DNA from: an uncultured Burkholderiales bacterium
GTDB lineage: Bacteria; Bacteroidota; Bacteroidia; UBA8524
Reading direction: 5' to 3'
Length of the DNA: 64,000 bases
NCBI GenBank assembly: GCA_964620355.1
Contig: CAZUIT010000001.1
Coordinates: forward strand, 57,563 to 121,562
Made by a program: the position numbers and the translations under genes. This document shows positions 39,335 through 49,419 of this stretch, piece after piece (position 1 is the stretch's first letter; the number at the start of each line of letters is the position of its first letter). The notes beneath the pieces are model-generated. The model saw only the letters and a list, made by a program, of their open reading frames with translations, was not told where the DNA came from and made no database searches.

Positions 39335-40323
39335 AAAAGCGGCCAATGCTGCAAGAGAATGGCAAAAAGGAGTACAAAAAAACTGATGTCTTTCAAGAAC
39401 TTTCTATTTCCCGGAAGGTAGTGATAGGTGAAATATACCGATAAGGGCAGCGCCAAAATGCCCATGGCTGTTTTCGCAGATTGTGCACCGAGGAAGATAT
39501 AGAGAATGGCAAATACAAAATACACCAAGATAAACTGCTGCAGCTTCCTTACGCGTACGGTGTTTTTATAAAAATTCTGTTGTACTCGAAATAAAGTTGG
39601 TATTAAAATCAATAATAGGAAAACAGTAAACCCTAAGAAATAAGGTTCTCTCCAAATGGTTCCATCACCAGGATGAAGGAAATTGATAGCCCAATAATTC
39701 GCTACAACTGCCTCCAAATTGAGCATATAAAGGATAGTAATTGTCAAGAATATGACCAACCCATATCCCGTTAAATACTGTAGAAAATCTAGTACCCTTA
39801 CTTGTTTAAAGAGCATGATACCAAATAAAAACACCGGTATAAAAAGGAAGGTGCTGGGAGCAAATAGGAATGCCATGCCACAAAGCATTCCGGAATTTAA
39901 AATTGCGGGGAGAGCGCGTTCCTTTCCTTGAGCTTGAAACATAGCCATTACCGCTAAAACCAAAAAGGTATTGGCCATAAGCTCAGCACTCAAGCTCAGC
40001 TGCATTTTAAAAACCAAATTAAAGAGGGCAAAAAATAAAATTGGCAGCCAGGTATTTTTATAGAGCAACTGATTCCGTTCGGCCAATACGCCAAAAAGAA
40101 TGCTCTGCAGAAGAATTAATCCAAGGGCTACTAATGAAGGACCGTAAGATGGCGCTACGAAAAACCCAAACAAACCTTGCTGCACCCATAAGGAAAAAGG
40201 AGCTATCCCCTCTTGAATCGCCGGCACAGGAGATAAATTAATGAGCAAGAAGCCCCAGGCTAAAATGAAGCCAAGGATGAAGAGCAGGCTCCCGAGTTGG
40301 TTATTTTTGAGATAGCGAATCAA
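39331..40323 (-). CDS. polytopic membrane protein (hypothetical)
   Basis: The 330-aa product has about 8 TM helices. It is the last gene of a three-gene ATGA-coupled operon. Confidence 0.5.
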   Translation of the reverse strand: MIRYLKNNQLGSLLFILGFILAWGFLLINLSPVPAIQEGIAPFSLWVQQGLFGFFVAPSYGPSLVALGLILLQSILFGVLAERNQLLYKNTWLPILFFALFNLVFKMQLSLSAELMANTFLVLAVMAMFQAQGKERALPAILNSGMLCGMAFLFAPSTFLFIPVFLFGIMLFKQVRVLDFLQYLTGYGLVIFLTITILYMLNLEAVVANYWAINFLHPGDGTIWREPYFLGFTVFLLLILIPTLFRVQQNFYKNTVRVRKLQQFILVYFVFAILYIFLGAQSAKTAMGILALPLSVYFTYHYLPGNRKFLKDISFFVLLFAILLQHWPLF

Positions 40324-41786
40324 AAACTGATTTTTACAAACGCAAACTTGCGATCTTTTGAAGTAGGAATCAACAGCGTATTTGCATCAAGCTGTCTAGA
40401 CTCCGTAGGCACAATTGAAATAAAGGAACTTTGATTTCCAAAAAGTAGCTCCTGCTCCAAGGTATTATCATTCTTCAGTGTATAATTCAATACCCCACCA
40501 TCACCTTTAATTTTATCATTAAACAGAATATGAATAGAATCCTTTTTCTTGAAAATAGTAAATGAAGAATAGTACCCATAATCATTCACGGATGATTGTC
40601 CTTTGCTAATGACCTTGGCCCATTCTTGTATACCCTTTGCGTCTATTGCTAAAACAAAAATTTTCCCATAAATATAGACACTCCTGCTGCTCACTTGGGC
40701 AATTCCATTCACATAGTAAGTATTCGATTCTTGAGAAACAGTAAACTCTTCTCCAAATAGAACGTAGCCTCCATCGCTTCGCAAAACCATGTCGCGGAGT
40801 ATAAAATCTTGCAACTCACCCCCTTCATCAGCCACCCTTTCGCCTGCAATATCATGTACAAAATCACGCGTAAAAGGAACTAAATCATGATGAATAAGGG
40901 AATAGTCCATTCGACTAATTACAAAGTCCATTGTGCCCGCACTCAATTTACGTGACTTAAAGGAATACAATGCGCAAACAGTAACACGGTGATTTACATC
41001 ATCCAAAGCCATTATTGGCCCATTGAGATAGGTATCAGAAAAGTTGAGGTAATAATCATACCACACATTAGCATTATTCAATACATGCAAATGAACCCCT
41101 ATCCGTTCAGGAGTGCTGCGGTTCCATTCACTGTTGATTCCGCTTGTTAGCACAAAGGCATTGCCCAAGGAATCAACGAGCACTTGTTCAATTTGAAACT
41201 CATTTTCTTCATAGTCCATCACTTCTCGGCGCGAGGTAATACGTTCAAATCGGCGATTATACACCTGAACATTCAGGTAACTTTTTCCTTTTGGAGCCTT
41301 TTCAGTGAAGAGCACTACGAAATGTGTTTGGTTTTCGTTTTCAGTAACATAGAAATCACCATCATCATTAAAGTTCTTCGGCGCGGCAATAGTTACGGGT
41401 ATTTCAGGACCTTTCTTCTCGGCCTCGGGGTCCAATATCTCAACAAAAAGCTCGAGTTTTTCTGAATTATAATTGAACCGACTCTTCCACATGGCTAAGC
41501 CATTCGGCAAAACGAAGGCATTTACCAAGGCGACTCCTCGTTTGTTGGGTAATTTTTTACTGAAGTCGAGCCCCATACTTTCCCGGTAACGTTCGATGAT
41601 CACTCGACTTCGCAATTGATAGCCTCTTCCTCGCAAAACGTAGTAGCCATAGTCGTTTGACCCAATAATTCGGTTATAAGAAGTACGGTTTCGAAACCGC
41701 TCCATATTCGACCATTCCGTCTGCTGAGCCAGGAGAATATTTCCCAGCCCAAGGAGAATAGAAAGAAGTAGCCAAGGTCGCATCAT
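40320..41786 (-). CDS. secreted hypothetical protein
   Basis: The 488-aa product has the signal peptide MMRPWLLLSILLGLGNILLAQQ. I recognised no domain. Confidence 0.5.
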   Translation of the reverse strand: MMRPWLLLSILLGLGNILLAQQTEWSNMERFRNRTSYNRIIGSNDYGYYVLRGRGYQLRSRVIIERYRESMGLDFSKKLPNKRGVALVNAFVLPNGLAMWKSRFNYNSEKLELFVEILDPEAEKKGPEIPVTIAAPKNFNDDGDFYVTENENQTHFVVLFTEKAPKGKSYLNVQVYNRRFERITSRREVMDYEENEFQIEQVLVDSLGNAFVLTSGINSEWNRSTPERIGVHLHVLNNANVWYDYYLNFSDTYLNGPIMALDDVNHRVTVCALYSFKSRKLSAGTMDFVISRMDYSLIHHDLVPFTRDFVHDIAGERVADEGGELQDFILRDMVLRSDGGYVLFGEEFTVSQESNTYYVNGIAQVSSRSVYIYGKIFVLAIDAKGIQEWAKVISKGQSSVNDYGYYSSFTIFKKKDSIHILFNDKIKGDGGVLNYTLKNDNTLEQELLFGNQSSFISIVPTESRQLDANTLLIPTSKDRKFAFVKISF

Positions 41787-43624
41787 TCGATAAATAATTT
41801 TTCAGTGTACAATATGGATTTGCCGGATTGAATGCGCAATATATACATACCAGAGGCTTTCGCTCTAGGTTCAAAGAGGATGAAGTTATTTCCTTTGGTC
41901 ATGCCTCCATTCCAAACGGTTTCTATGCGTTGGCCAGCCGTGGAATATAAGGCGATATCAATTTGCATGCTTGTTTGCAACTCCAAACGAATTTTTAAAC
42001 TTTGAAAAACTGGATTTGGGAAGGCTTCGAAATGATCTACTGCAAAATTTCGGTTTATCGTATCCAAGTCTCCTTCGAGCTTAAACACCCGATTTTCCCA
42101 ACGCTCATTAGCACCAACACCGGCTGCACTAAACCAAATGGTAGGATTAGCTCCGCCTGGAACAAAAACACCAGCGCAATAATCGCCCCAGCGGTCTAAT
42201 TCATTCGGAATAAGGTCCATCTCACTTAGACCTTCATAAACGGTAACAAGCGGATAGTCCTTCATTTGATCATCGACATATAAATAACCAATCGATGGAT
42301 AATCTATCTCAGAAGAAAAGACTAAGGCCAGCACAACTGCACGGTTCGCATTATTGGCAGCGAAACTCACCGGAACGGCATAGGCCATATCCTTGGTCGT
42401 TTGTATGGTTCGTGCCTCACATACCAATTGTTCAGGATCAACCCTTCCATAGTAAATCGCATTACGAAGCGACTTGCCCTCGGTGCTCAAGCAAAAATGG
42501 ATTAACCCATTCCTCAAAAATGCACCAGATATTCGGCAATCTCCTCCATCCAGCATGGAATTGCTTTGTTTCTGTATAGCATCTGGCGGAAGGGAATAAG
42601 CACCCGCCGACACTTCCGCTCGATCAATAATACCTTTTGTAGGATCTAATTTCATCAAATAAAAACCATCGCCACCTCGATCTTTGGAGCTGATGAAATA
42701 AAGATTGGACCCAATATATCCGTCATACGCATTGGCTGGAACCATATTAAATGCCTCCTTTTTCTCGGTCACTTTCAAATCATCATACAGCATACTCGAA
42801 ACGGTGCTCCCAGTCAGCAAAGCGTCTTTTTCCAAAACATACAGCAAGCTTCCATCAAATCCTCCTTCCGATTGATGAAACTGATTTAAGCTAATGGCCA
42901 AATGATTTGCGCTAACACCCAGCTGAGGAAAATCGGCCATGAGTCCTCTTTGATACGGATCGCCTCTGAAAGAATATACATGCCAGCCTTGCAAGGGATT
43001 GGCTTCTTTCGATACAAAAAGCAATAAGCGTGAATCTGCGGAAGTACGCCCATGAAGGATAATCATATAAAAACGATCACGCTGAACATCATAGTAAACA
43101 CGCGGGTCGAAAAAACTACTCGTGAGGCTGGGGTCATTTGCCAATTGTTTAAAGTTCCGCAACATAAGCCGCTGACCTGAGCTATTTTGAACCGTGTAAT
43201 TGGCATTTACCACACTCACTATATAGCCAAGAGGAGAAACCGCTAAGCCATTGTCCATGGGCGTTACATTCTGCGAAGGGTTGACGGTAAAGTTCTCCGT
43301 AATTCGAAAACTGTCGGGGTCATTTTTATGCTGGGGAGCCAGGTGATAAAGTGCCTGCTTCAACAGATTGAGACTGTCTTTTATCCGCCGTTTCTCTGTG
43401 GCGTGGGTACCATGTCCAAAGGGCTGATTGTAGACTGCTACAAACATTTGGCTATCCCTTTCATCGCTGTCTGGAGCTAAGGGCGCAATGCGGAAAGTAC
43501 TGTCTGGTTTAGTTAATAAAGATTGCCAAACCCCTTGCTGTTGCCCAACAAGATTCATCTGTATTCCAAGAAGCTGAAACAAGATTAGCAAGGCAGAAAG
43601 CAAGATTGTATTTTTGCAGTTCAT
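41783..43624 (-). CDS. secreted hypothetical protein with T9SS C-terminal sorting domain
   Basis: The start is at ATG 43624 (MNCKNTILLSALLILF, a signal peptide); the longer ORF extension lacks a signal. The C-terminus FEAFPNPVFQS...GMYILRIQ is a T9SS CTD. Confidence 0.6.
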   Translation of the reverse strand: MNCKNTILLSALLILFQLLGIQMNLVGQQQGVWQSLLTKPDSTFRIAPLAPDSDERDSQMFVAVYNQPFGHGTHATEKRRIKDSLNLLKQALYHLAPQHKNDPDSFRITENFTVNPSQNVTPMDNGLAVSPLGYIVSVVNANYTVQNSSGQRLMLRNFKQLANDPSLTSSFFDPRVYYDVQRDRFYMIILHGRTSADSRLLLFVSKEANPLQGWHVYSFRGDPYQRGLMADFPQLGVSANHLAISLNQFHQSEGGFDGSLLYVLEKDALLTGSTVSSMLYDDLKVTEKKEAFNMVPANAYDGYIGSNLYFISSKDRGGDGFYLMKLDPTKGIIDRAEVSAGAYSLPPDAIQKQSNSMLDGGDCRISGAFLRNGLIHFCLSTEGKSLRNAIYYGRVDPEQLVCEARTIQTTKDMAYAVPVSFAANNANRAVVLALVFSSEIDYPSIGYLYVDDQMKDYPLVTVYEGLSEMDLIPNELDRWGDYCAGVFVPGGANPTIWFSAAGVGANERWENRVFKLEGDLDTINRNFAVDHFEAFPNPVFQSLKIRLELQTSMQIDIALYSTAGQRIETVWNGGMTKGNNFILFEPRAKASGMYILRIQSGKSILYTEKLFIE

Positions 43625-43633
43625 ATTAACGCA

Positions 43634-44827
43634 TTGAAGGGCAAGATACACGATACACATAAAAAACAGGAAACAGCAGTTCTTGTTGCGATCGATTATA
43701 AATTTAAACCAAAAGGACAGGCCGACGAATACCTCGATGAGCTTGAATTTTTGACTGAAACCGCGGGCGCAAAAACCCTCAAGAAATTTACGCAAAAGTT
43801 AGACCATCCCTTTTCTGCCACCTATGTGGGAACAGGGAAACTTGAAGAAATCAAGCTCTATGTGCAAGAACATGAGCCAAGTATGGTCATTTTTGACGAT
43901 GAGTTATCGCCGAGTCAAATTCGAAATTTAGAGAATACACTCAATGTAAAAATTCTCGACCGTAGCAATTTGATCCTCGATATTTTTGCTTCACGTGCTC
44001 AAAGTGCACAAGCAAAAACCCAAGTAGAGTTGGCCCAAATGCAGTACTTACTTCCACGGCTTACCCGGATGTGGACGCATCTAAGTAAGCAACAAGGAGG
44101 TATTGGAATGAAAGGTCCAGGAGAAACACAGATTGAAACCGACCGACGCATCATTCTCGATAAAATTAGTTTGCTCAAAAAGCGTCTTGAAAATATAGAC
44201 AAACAAAACCTCACACGTCGAAGCAACCGTGGAGGCATTGTTCGAGTTGCCCTAGTAGGGTATACCAACGTTGGAAAGTCCACCATTATGAATGTGCTGA
44301 GTAAATCGGATGTGCTGGCTGAAAACAAGTTATTCGCCACGCTCGATTCAACAGTAAGAAAAGTAGTGCTTGAGAACACCCCATTTCTTTTATCGGACAC
44401 CGTTGGGTTTATCCGCAAACTACCCCATCAGCTTATTGAATGTTTTAAGTCAACATTAGACGAGGTGCGTGAAGCCGACTTACTTATCCATGTGGTCGAC
44501 ATTTCACACCCCAACTTTATGGAGCATATTCAGGTGGTCAATCAAACGCTTGAGGATATTAAAAGCGACCATAAGCCTGTAATCATGGTATTCAACAAAA
44601 TCGACATGTATCATCCACAAGCTCGTGGGCTGGATGAAGAGACCGGTGAAGAACTTCCTGAATTAAGTATGGAAGAAAATTTAGATCACCTCAAAAAGAG
44701 TTGGATGTCGAAAGAAAATACACCGGTAGTTTTCATCTCTGCACAGAAAAAACAAAATATTGAGGAACTCCGCGACAAACTGACTAAAACTGTGGCCTCT
44801 TTGTACGAGTTAAATGCGCTAGGTTAA
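43634..44827 (+). CDS. hflX: GTPase HflX
   Basis: It has the HflX N-domain followed by the G1 motif GYTNVGKST and the G3 DTVGF and G4 NKID motifs. The start may be TTG 43634 or a nearby codon. Confidence 0.85.
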   Translation: MKGKIHDTHKKQETAVLVAIDYKFKPKGQADEYLDELEFLTETAGAKTLKKFTQKLDHPFSATYVGTGKLEEIKLYVQEHEPSMVIFDDELSPSQIRNLENTLNVKILDRSNLILDIFASRAQSAQAKTQVELAQMQYLLPRLTRMWTHLSKQQGGIGMKGPGETQIETDRRIILDKISLLKKRLENIDKQNLTRRSNRGGIVRVALVGYTNVGKSTIMNVLSKSDVLAENKLFATLDSTVRKVVLENTPFLLSDTVGFIRKLPHQLIECFKSTLDEVREADLLIHVVDISHPNFMEHIQVVNQTLEDIKSDHKPVIMVFNKIDMYHPQARGLDEETGEELPELSMEENLDHLKKSWMSKENTPVVFISAQKKQNIEELRDKLTKTVASLYELNALG

Positions 44828-45051
44828 GCCAAAATGACCAAATGAGGCTCAAATTTGGAATTTTCAGCCCTGAGTTATTTACAGCTTTCTAAGACTGTCC
44901 ATTTTTAGCTACTTCCCGTCAATTCTAGGCTTTCCCAATTTTAGATTAACGGCATCAATAAAAAATCCACACGAATGTGGATAACCTCATATAGCCTAGT
45001 TCAAGCCCTTTATTCATGGGGCTTTGAATGTTTTAGATTTGTGAGGTGAAT

Positions 45052-46251
45052 ATGCTGCGCGACGTCTTTCTACGTTGGATGAAACATCCCAAGTTTAATC
45101 GAGATTTACTCGAACGAACAGCCGCGCTTGCCTTGTCCTTTCCTAAAAAGACCAAACATTTTGGGCTTCATGGAAAATGCCTAGAAGAAGAGCAGAATAG
45201 GCAGTCGATGATGGACTGTGCAATAAATGTGAGCCTAGAACAGGAAAGCTTTCGCAATATGCAGCCCGATGAGCTCTTCGCTTATGCATCACGTTTAGAA
45301 GAAAAGTACTCAGGCGATATTAGTCAACTCAAATTCTTTTGCGATCATATATCTTTAGAAGGTGGCTTTTATGCCGCGATGGAACGCGCCGTATTCTTGT
45401 TTCGTAATTTCGACGACCAAGAAGAGGTGATGCGCTTTTTCGAAACCCAACAAGTCAATCAGATTCTAGAAAACCCTTTACGCGATTGGATGCGTGAAAT
45501 TTCTCAAGAATCCGGTGATTATAGCGATGAAGAGCGAATTTTAGCTTCTTGGTATATCCATTATGCCGTATTGAGCAGCTTGCCTTCGCTCAAGCGGTAT
45601 CCTGTTTTTGCCCGATTTGCGCAGATGCTATACTTGCGCTGTCATGGAATGGCTGCCGAAGGCCTTCAATCTATCAATATGGCCATTTTGCCGCACCAGA
45701 AAATGTACAAGCGTGCAACGGACCAATTGAAGTTCAAAGATGCCCAAGACTTGCTCCATTGCGAAATGAACAACTTGGTAATGCTTGGGTTGAGCATGCA
45801 CGAGCAGAGTTTATCCCTCGCCAACCACCAATTGCGCTCCCTGTACCAAGATAAAATTGAATTTGAAGACCTCACCCCCCGCCAAAGGAATATGGTGAAC
45901 TACTTCTTTGATGAAGGCTATAAAAACAGTATTCCTGAAACCGATCACCTCAATGAGCGGCAACAGAAAATCATGGAATTGATTTACGAGAATCACTTCT
46001 CCTCAACCAAAGACTTGAGCTTAATCTTCCGCTGCAACCGCAAAACCATTCAACGCGATTTCACGGAGCTCCTAGACATGGGCATTGTGCGCCAAATGGG
46101 TAACGGAGCTGCTCTGCGGTATACGGTTCATATCAAAAATAAGCCTTACTCCGGACTGGAGCGTTTGCAAAATATCCGTTTGGGTGAAGTGCCAATACAA
46201 ATTAGTTTATTTGGCGAAACTGAGGCGCACAAAAAAACCCCAATCGCTTAA
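45052..46251 (+). CDS. hypothetical protein with C-terminal DeoR-like winged HTH
   Basis: The C-terminus (QQKIMELIYENHFSSTKDLSLIFRCNRKTIQRDFTELLDMGIV) is a DeoR-type HTH. The N-terminal 320 aa are unassigned. I prefer ATG 45052 to the upstream GTG. Confidence 0.45.
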   Translation: MLRDVFLRWMKHPKFNRDLLERTAALALSFPKKTKHFGLHGKCLEEEQNRQSMMDCAINVSLEQESFRNMQPDELFAYASRLEEKYSGDISQLKFFCDHISLEGGFYAAMERAVFLFRNFDDQEEVMRFFETQQVNQILENPLRDWMREISQESGDYSDEERILASWYIHYAVLSSLPSLKRYPVFARFAQMLYLRCHGMAAEGLQSINMAILPHQKMYKRATDQLKFKDAQDLLHCEMNNLVMLGLSMHEQSLSLANHQLRSLYQDKIEFEDLTPRQRNMVNYFFDEGYKNSIPETDHLNERQQKIMELIYENHFSSTKDLSLIFRCNRKTIQRDFTELLDMGIVRQMGNGAALRYTVHIKNKPYSGLERLQNIRLGEVPIQISLFGETEAHKKTPIA

Positions 46252-46291
46252 TTAGCAACTGGAGTCTTATTTAAATTTTCTATTCTAATTA

Positions 46292-46513
46292 TTACAGTTC
46301 GTCTGTATTATAGAAATAATCCTCATCGGTAGGATAATCCGGCCAAACTTCTTCGATGGTCTCAAAAGCCTCACCGTCATCTTCCAACTCTTGTAAGTTC
46401 TCGATTACCTCCAAAGGAGCACCCGAACGAATAGCGTAGTCAATCAACTCGTCTTTTGATGCAGGCCATGGAGCGTCGTCCAAATAAGAAGCTAGTTCAA
46501 GTGTCCAATACAT
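46292..46513 (-). CDS. DUF2795 family small acidic protein
   Basis: The 73-aa product has the YLDDAPWPASKDELIDYA pattern. Confidence 0.55.
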   Translation of the reverse strand: MYWTLELASYLDDAPWPASKDELIDYAIRSGAPLEVIENLQELEDDGEAFETIEEVWPDYPTDEDYFYNTDEL

Positions 46514-46708
46514 AATTGTTTTCTTTGTTCCGCGAAAATAATCTTTTCAACGACTTTTAAAAAAGCATTCGTGAAAAAGTTAAAAATATTTTTTCTATGC
46601 TAGATTATTTGCCTAAACATCTATTTATCAGCTGCTTTTAGTCTTCTGCAACGCCATACAGCGCCACATTCCTACGTTGAATTACCTTCTTGAGAAAAAA
46701 TGATTCGT

Positions 46709-49297
46709 CTAATTCTTAATCCAAGCCTGCACAACCCGACCAAAATCACCTTGCAGCTCAATTAAGTAGTATCCGTTTATCAGTGCTTCTGTTTGAAGTT
46801 GTGCTTGATCTTTAATCATATTACCTTGCATAAGCACTCTTCCTTGAACATCAATCACGCGGTAATTAACGGATTCTACCCCCTCCGGAAAGACAATATT
46901 TACTTGGCTATTCCCTGGATTTGGATAGACTTTAAAGTTTAGCTCATCCACCTTCTCAACTGCATTTGCAAATCCATCGCAGCTTGGGAAATCATCTTCT
47001 GCTATCCAAGCATGAATTTGCGTCACATCGTCCTTCATCTTCTTATAAGAGGTATTCACTCCGTTTGTTTTGTTCTCCACACGGCTATAAACCATCGCAA
47101 ACGACAACCTAAGAACGCCACCTGGCGCCAAGCTCTTGGGTCCAATGGCCATCAGCATACGTTTATCTCCTTTCGCTTGATCAACAAATCCATTGCCATA
47201 AGGAATACCACTGAATATATGTATTACTGGATTCCCATTTGGATCTTCCATGGCTGACCCATCCTTGTAAACACCTTGCAGGTAATTGTAATAATGTGCT
47301 GCAGATGTTGGGTTTCCTTGTCCGGAAAAATCGTTTTTATAGAATGCAAAAACATCCAAATTCTGGTCGTAGAAAACGATGGATTGGGTAGGCGGGTTAT
47401 CTCCATAGCCCCCACTCAAGTCGGAATTATCACCATTATATACAAAGCCCATATTCAAGGCAGTATCGCAGCCAATTAGGTCATCACTATAATCTCCTAA
47501 ATCAACATCCGTAAACTGACCGGCGTAAAGGTCGTGATACGTATTTTGACTAAAGTTATTGATGGTGTATTCGTGAAAGGTGGTATAATTTATCACGGCT
47601 TTAGGATCTGTGTCATCGATATCATTGCAGTTATAGGCATAAGACATCACGTGCACTTCAATTTGCATTCGAGCAGCGTAAGTTTCGCTATGCAGTATGT
47701 CATCGTGAAAAACATGGAAGATGGCCATATCACCTTTGATTCTTGGGTAATCCCCATCCTTAGGGTCATATTTTCCGTCTTGATTCACGTCGACAAATGG
47801 AGCCAGCATGATGGTTGAGTTCACCCCCCTAGTTCCGGGCCAATTGCGAATGCTCATGGGAACAGGTTGCATTCCACTTTGAATATCGCCCGCGGCAAAA
47901 GCCTTTTTAAATGCTTCGATTGTGCGACGGGTAACTTTACGAGGCTCATTTAACTTCAGGCTATTGGTGAGTGCTGTATCCATCAATCCAGTATTTGGGT
48001 CGAGCAAGCCATAGGTATAGTCGCTGCCGAGCTGCCCATAGGTCGATGCTGCAAGATGGAGTTTGTTATCATTATCCAACCCTCCTATCCATAAACCGCC
48101 AACATAGGTGGTCGAGAGGCAAGAATTTTTAGGCACTTCATATTTCGGTGCATTCGGCTGCCTTTGCCAGAACATTTGAGCGTCTGGAATAATGGGTGCG
48201 CTTACTTTATTGATGTCTAGAAATGTAACGCTCTGAGGAGTCCACCCTGGTGCAGCCGCATAGTTAGCAGGCTCCCATAAATAGGACTGTCCGAAGTCGT
48301 CAATGATGTGAAAGGTACCTGGACTGCGTAACTGAAAAAGATGATTGCTTCCATTCCCTGCCCAAAAATCTGCATGTAAGGTATATATTTTCGTTTCTCT
48401 ATTCTGCAGTCGTACAAATTCACAGGAACCATCAGAAAACATCTTTCCTGAAGTGAACCAAACATCTCCCTTTTCACCCTGTACGAGACGAAAAATGCTA
48501 TTTCCAGTTTTCATGGCAAAGCAGTTATCCGATTCCGCTGGGTTTACCAAGTTTTGGGTATTGAGGTCGATATAGAACAAGTGCTCACTTATCGCATCGT
48601 CGTCGGAGCTGAGCCAAAGTGTTGCGCCTTGAAGCGCCACTGCCGAAATCCGATTGGACAGCAAATTGCTAGAATTTGTGGTATACGCTTGAGCTTTTCC
48701 GTTATAGACAATAAATGCTCCCTCATTGGTGGCGGCATATATATTTCCATTGGCGTCGGTTTCTACCGCACGAATTATATCGCTGGGCAGGCTTGAATTC
48801 GACATGGTAAATCGGTCTATTTCGGTGCCATGGATACGAATAATCCCGGAATCGGAACCGACTACAAGAAAGCCATTGGAATAGGCCACGGAGCGGATAT
48901 TATTGGATGGAAGATCGGCTACCTTAGTCCATACGCCATTTTTATGGGAAAGTAGTCCAGCATCGCTTGCGGCAAGAAGCTCATTGTCGGCGCCTAGCAC
49001 TAGATCATAAACCCGTGTTGGTGCCGCGAAAGGAAAATCTTTCACTGCAAAAAATGAATCATTTCGGATGATGCCAAGCGGATTCGCAAAGCTTTTTAAG
49101 TCTTGGGCTAAATCGGCAAATCCAACCCAAGCCATTTGCGGGGTTTCAAACGCTAAAGCCGAATAGTAGCGCTTATCCAGTGCAGATATCGGATCACCCG
49201 GAGTGATGTAGTGGATGCTTACGCCATCATAAAAAGATTGGGCTGCTCCGAAGAGGGACATAAAGAATAGGCCTATTGCTGGTAATAATCGTTTCAT
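46709..49297 (-). CDS. large secreted beta-propeller-like protein with T9SS C-terminal sorting domain
   Basis: The signal peptide starts at ATG 49297 (MKRLLPAIGLFFMSLFGAAQS). The C-terminus KVYPNPGNSQVNIVF...GYYLIELQ is a T9SS CTD. Confidence 0.65.
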   Translation of the reverse strand: MKRLLPAIGLFFMSLFGAAQSFYDGVSIHYITPGDPISALDKRYYSALAFETPQMAWVGFADLAQDLKSFANPLGIIRNDSFFAVKDFPFAAPTRVYDLVLGADNELLAASDAGLLSHKNGVWTKVADLPSNNIRSVAYSNGFLVVGSDSGIIRIHGTEIDRFTMSNSSLPSDIIRAVETDANGNIYAATNEGAFIVYNGKAQAYTTNSSNLLSNRISAVALQGATLWLSSDDDAISEHLFYIDLNTQNLVNPAESDNCFAMKTGNSIFRLVQGEKGDVWFTSGKMFSDGSCEFVRLQNRETKIYTLHADFWAGNGSNHLFQLRSPGTFHIIDDFGQSYLWEPANYAAAPGWTPQSVTFLDINKVSAPIIPDAQMFWQRQPNAPKYEVPKNSCLSTTYVGGLWIGGLDNDNKLHLAASTYGQLGSDYTYGLLDPNTGLMDTALTNSLKLNEPRKVTRRTIEAFKKAFAAGDIQSGMQPVPMSIRNWPGTRGVNSTIMLAPFVDVNQDGKYDPKDGDYPRIKGDMAIFHVFHDDILHSETYAARMQIEVHVMSYAYNCNDIDDTDPKAVINYTTFHEYTINNFSQNTYHDLYAGQFTDVDLGDYSDDLIGCDTALNMGFVYNGDNSDLSGGYGDNPPTQSIVFYDQNLDVFAFYKNDFSGQGNPTSAAHYYNYLQGVYKDGSAMEDPNGNPVIHIFSGIPYGNGFVDQAKGDKRMLMAIGPKSLAPGGVLRLSFAMVYSRVENKTNGVNTSYKKMKDDVTQIHAWIAEDDFPSCDGFANAVEKVDELNFKVYPNPGNSQVNIVFPEGVESVNYRVIDVQGRVLMQGNMIKDQAQLQTEALINGYYLIELQGDFGRVVQAWIKN

Positions 49298-49419
49298 GCT
49301 CACTAATTTGGTTCTTGAATGAATGAAGCGATGAAATGGTTGCATTTGATTGATTTCTCTTAAAAATGCCGGTTAATAAATAGGGGTTTAACATTGCGAA
49401 TACTTGAGATAAGAATAAG

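Noticed and set aside
41783-43795. Longer 670-aa version of the T9SS cargo ORF
   Set aside because: The upstream 57 codons precede a clear signal peptide that begins at ATG 43624. The extension would also overlap the hflX start region.
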